The translations under genes were made by a program, and so were the position numbers. A DNA stretch of 64,000 nucleotides from the human T2T-CHM13v2.0 reference genome, Homo sapiens. Position 1 is the stretch's first letter. Every line of letters starts with the position of its first letter. Shown piece by piece: positions 58,341-64,000 of this stretch. Location of the stretch: NCBI RefSeq assembly GCF_009914755.1, contig NC_060947.1; one strand, written 5' to 3'. Under the pieces are notes generated by a model that did not search any database, was not told the DNA's origin, and saw only the letters and a list, made by a program, of their open reading frames with translations.

Positions 58341-59209
58341 TGCATTGTGTCTGCTGTGTTGCCGGAGACTGCTGTCACCTGTGGCTTTTGTGGTGGGGGA
58401 GGAAGAAGAGAGGGTGAGGTGGGGGTGGGGACATGAGGCTCCTAGAAGCTCAGTGGGGGAGCACGTGGGCTTGAGAGTATGTGTGTGAGCATGCATATGA
58501 ATATGTGTGCGCATGTGCACAGATGCACGTGCACACCACGCCCAACCAGCCAACCTCCAGCCTGTCTAAAAAGGTATTGTAACCTTGTGGAAGGGACAGA
58601 AAGGAGCCCTACACTGGGGAACTTGTCAAATGTAATCCAGAAAAGTTGGGGCTGGCACCTTTGCCAAGCAGCGCACAGTTGGTGGAAGGAAAGAACCAAG
58701 GTGCAGGGTGCCAGGCAAAGGCACCAGGCAGAGAAGTCTCCTGGCCTGAAACCATCAGGCCTAGTCTGCTGAGTGTGAGGGTGACCTGTGATGGTTACCA
58801 TCACCAGTGCTTGCATCCAGAGGCTCCAGCCCTGACCAAGCCTTACTGAGTATCCAAAGATGGGCCTCTGTTTGCTAAATAATTTGCTCCCTCACCTGCT
58901 CACCCCACAAAGACAGGTACTACTAATAAAATTAAAGTCATCATCACCCTCATCATCATCACCATCATCATCATCATGGCTGCCATTTACTGAGTGTTTA
59001 TGTGCCACCGTGCAAGAAGCTTTACATGCATTTTCTCATTTAATCCTCACAACCTCTGAGAAGGCCCTTTTCTTATTCCCATTTTACAAGTGCAGGAACT
59101 CAGTGAGGCCCATAGAGATTTATCAAGTGACTCAAAGTCACTTTTTTCATTGGGTAAATGAAAAAAAGCCAGATTTAAACCAGTCAGAGGACTCTAGAAT
59201 CCACTCTCA

Positions 59210-59689
<480 letters not shown>

Positions 59690-60613
59690 TCATGGGTGGC
59701 AAGACCAGGCACCTGACCAACACCCTCACACAGGCCTTTCGGACCGAGGCAGCTCGTGCTTTTTTCCTCAGTGCGAGACCCAGGACTCCACCTCATCTCT
59801 GAATCCCCTTAACTGCCCCTTCCAGCCTACCATTCTGGGAGGAAGAACCCAGCCCTGGAACGTGGCTGGAACGAGGGCTCACAGTCACCCCAGCTCTTCC
59901 CTCCCCTGGGACCCAGATGGCCAGACTTGACCATTCCTGCTTTAAGGGATTAACTCTGGGTCAGGCAGGGAAACAGGGCACATACACCAGGGCTGATACA
60001 CAGGGACTCTTGTGACATCGTTAGGAATGAAAGATTGTTAGGAACTGTCCCCTTGGGCTCTAGTACTTTGTTTTAATGTTGGAGGATGGGGCTTAGCAAA
60101 CCTCTCCTCGCCTGCTGATTGCCTGGGGAGCCGGCCATGTGGAAAAGCCCCTTTTCCTAGGAGTTAAGATTCTGGGGTTTGAGTCCCATTTGTGCCAGCT
60201 GTGTGGCCTTGGGCAAGTCACTTCTCCCTGGTCTTCAGTTATCCTTTCTGGAATCTCCCATGCTGCCTTCTTGGTGAGGTTACAGCGAGAGGCTCATGAG
60301 ACCCGGATGTGGCAGCACTCTAAACCAGGAAGCCACACAGACAAGAAATGATATTGCTGTTATTTGCCCAGCACAAGTTCAATTCAGCTTCACCTTTGCA
60401 GGTAGGTAAGAAAAAGGTCTGGAACCCAAGTTTTATATATAAATAGCCAAAATTAGAAAGGCTCTAGAGCAAACATCTAATTTACGTCTTTCCAACTATG
60501 CTCCCGGGAGCCTGAGATGCCTCAGAAACACCACAGGGGCTGTCGAGGAAAACAGAGCTGCTGCACGAAGTAGCCCTGACGGGCTTCCCGTAAAATTGTA
60601 CTTGAAGTAGTTG

Positions 60614-60793
60614 CAGGGCCAGCTTCACGGGTGTAGGACCTGTGCAGTCCCTCAAGACTTTGTGCTTACAAGGGCCCCATGCTTGGTTTAATGCTCGCCT
60701 GTCACTGTCTCAAAATTCTTGATAATTTTTAAGCAAGAGGCACCGGGCATTTTCATTTTGCACAAGGCCCGCAAAATTCAAGAGCCAATCCTG
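60614..60793 (+). mobile_element. MER45A-like hAT-Tip100 element
   Basis: cagggccagcttcacggg...cttggtttaatgctc...cattttcattttgcac...gccaatcctg. Confidence 0.78.
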
Positions 60794-60810
60794 AATAGGA
60801 GCTCCATGAC

Positions 60811-60813
<3 letters not shown>

Positions 60814-60866
<53 letters not shown>
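60814..60866 (+). repeat. (CA)n microsatellite
   Basis: Seen directly. Confidence 0.97.
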
Positions 60867-60869
<3 letters not shown>

Positions 60870-61226
60870 CCTGGTGCAGTCCTTTCAGTGTACAGATGGG
60901 AAAACTTCAACAGCAACCCAGGAAGAGGAAGGGACTTGTCCAAGGTCACACAGTCCAGTGGGGCCAGAGCAAGGACTAAATCCGCAGCATACTGACTCAG
61001 CTCCACAATGGCTCCGCTCTCGCTTTCAGTGTGTGCTTCTGTCACTCCCTTACTGCCTCTAATGACCCACTGAGGCCCAAGGAGACCTGTTGAAGGTCAC
61101 ACAGCTGTGACAACAATGGTGACGGCGGTGTTGAGCCACGTTCCTTCAAGCTTCAAATCTGAATAGAAAAGGGCATAGGTAAGATGATAGGTAGATAGGT
61201 ACATACACAAATCATCTAAATAGCTC

Positions 61227-61524
61227 CTTTTGTTTTTTGTTTTTTTTTTTAGAGAGAGGGTCTTGCTCTGTCACCCAGGCTGGAGAGCAATGGCACCATC
61301 ATAGCTCACCGTAACCTTGAAATCCTGGGCTCAAGTGCTTCTCCCGCCTCAGCCTCCTGATTAGCTAGGACTACAGGCATGCACCGCCATGCCCGATTAA
61401 TTTTTTTTTTAATTTTTATTTTATAGAGATGATGTCTATGTTGCCTAGGCTGGTCTCAAATTTCTGGCCTCAAGCAATCCTCCTGCCTTGGCCTCCCAAA
61501 GTGCTGGGATTACAGGTGTGAGAC
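61227..61524 (-). mobile_element. Alu (AluJ-like)
   Basis: Antisense Alu body. Confidence 0.9.
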
Positions 61525-62167
61525 AATAGTTCATTTTTTAAAATGATAACTAACTCAGCCTTTGCTGGTTTGCCAGTCAGCTGGTTCCAGCTGTGTGTGA
61601 GTTGGGACCTCAGAAGGGGCTGGGCTGGCTACTCTTCAGCCAGCTAAACCACGTCAGCAGTGAATTTTACCAACTCACTGGGTGCTTCCTCAAATCAGTG
61701 GTTGGGCACTCTTGGCACCAAAAAATATATATATATAGAAGTGCGAAAGATTCAGTAGCAACCGTTTCCTCCCTGTCCGTCCCTGCTCCTCATGGCTCGT
61801 CACAGCCAGGAGGGGGAGGTGCTCCCCAAACCCCAAGCCAGCTAGCCTTTGCCCAGAGGCCGGCCCATCTCTTCACTTCCTTGTTTCTTTGTGAAACAGG
61901 AACTGAGCAAGCAGCTTAAGTCGGGTAGGATGGGTGGTTGAGAAAGCCCCAGTGGTCCGTGGCAAGTCCACGAAGCTGAAAAGCTGGTTTCTCTCCCAGC
62001 GGGTCCCAGGCAGCTTCAGGCCCTCTTGTTTGTCACACCTCTTGTGTTCTAGAACAACTTGGGGTGAGGGATGCACTCTTGACAAGGTGGAGACATAGGA
62101 TATGGGCCACAGGGTCACGTAGCAGAGATTCAGATGCGGACCTCAAGAGACATAGAAGCAGGTGCCA

Positions 62168-62520
<353 letters not shown>

Positions 62521-63337
62521 CTAACGGTCACCAAGGCCTTCCTGGATTTAGCAAGGGGAGAAACTCCAGGTGGAGTCTGAAGTGAACTGATGTGGAGTCA
62601 CTCACCAGGTACCCAGCACTTTCCACTAGCTGGGGCACTGGGCTGAGAGCACTCCCTCTATGCATGTCACCTGAGTAGTAACCCTAGTCACACACACCCA
62701 CAAGAAAGGCCCACATTATCACTGTTACCATCTTCACTAAGGCTCATTGCAGGTGAGGTCACTTGCCCAAGGTTATGCAGCCAGTAGGTGACCATACAAC
62801 AATCTGAATCCAATCAGGACAACCTGACTCCATTTCTGAGAGGTGTTCTGTTCCTCCTCTTCCCTGGAGCCCTGGACAATTGTCCCCATGGGGGAGGGGC
62901 CCACTGATCAGAGAGGTTTGTCCTTGTAACCTTGGGACAGAGATTTATGCAGAGTAGCCCAGCCCCTACTTGTCCCCCATAGAAAGTGCACCCCCCCACC
63001 AGTGAGTCATGAGTGTGTTTTAATCTGAGCACCAAAGTCCAGCCTCCTCTTCTGATGGTAATTGACAGAGCTACCAGCAGGTGTTTTTTGTTTTGTTTTG
63101 TTTTAAAACCAAGACCTTATCACGAGTTCAGAGTTCCAAAGATCACTGTCTTTCCCTCCCCTCCCATCAGCCCCTGCCACCAGATGCCCACTCTGTGTGT
63201 GTTGTATGTGGGCATGAGGAATGGGCGCAAGAGTCACCTGCCCTTGTCTCCTTGCTTTCCTCTGCCCGCCTTCTCCCTCCTGCAATTTTGCTCTTTCTGC
63301 CCTCCCTGCCTAAAATGACCACCATTAAATTTGCTAA

Positions 63338-63775
<438 letters not shown>

Positions 63776-64000
63776 TGAATATTTCAAGAGATGGGGAGAT
63801 CATTACTTACCAGAGCTGAACTAGTGCCATCTGAATAGCCAAAATTTGTTCCTTGGAATATACTAAAACCTTCCATTTATCTGTTCCCCATCATTCATAC
63901 CACTTGCTTCCCCACCCCAATCACCTAGGCTAAATGTGACAGGAGTTTAGTACTTCACACGTTGACGACTTCCCTATACTTCACCCCCGCTTAATCGACC

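Noticed and set aside
58480-58545. Alternating purine-pyrimidine stretch with short palindromes (tgcatatg, gtgcacac)
   Set aside because: Degenerate (TG/CA) low-complexity sequence with no long perfect stem

Overview
Primate (human-like) genomic DNA, rich in Alu, L1, L2, MIR and LTR repeats. It contains one complete protein-coding gene on the + strand: XPNPEP2 (membrane-bound X-prolyl aminopeptidase 2, aminopeptidase P). I reconstructed it as 21 coding exons from ATG 28010 to TAG 57272, all with GT-AG introns. The CDS is 2025 nt (674 aa) and has a signal peptide, the M24B metal ligands D450/D461/H524/E555/E569 and a C-terminal GPI signal. The upstream ~27 kb and downstream ~6 kb are intergenic and repeat-dominated. 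Almost all ORFs in the supplied track are repeat or low-complexity artefacts. I found no evidence for a new biological system. The most unusual items are structural: a ~385-bp inverted duplication flanking an apparent ~1.6-kb inversion in intron 19, two perfect fold-back (template-switch-like) hairpins, a tailless 5S rRNA retrocopy with an 18-bp TSD in intron 18, and a full-length MST-type MaLR provirus upstream. Repeat subfamily names come from recalled consensus sequences, and their boundaries are approximate unless TSDs are given.
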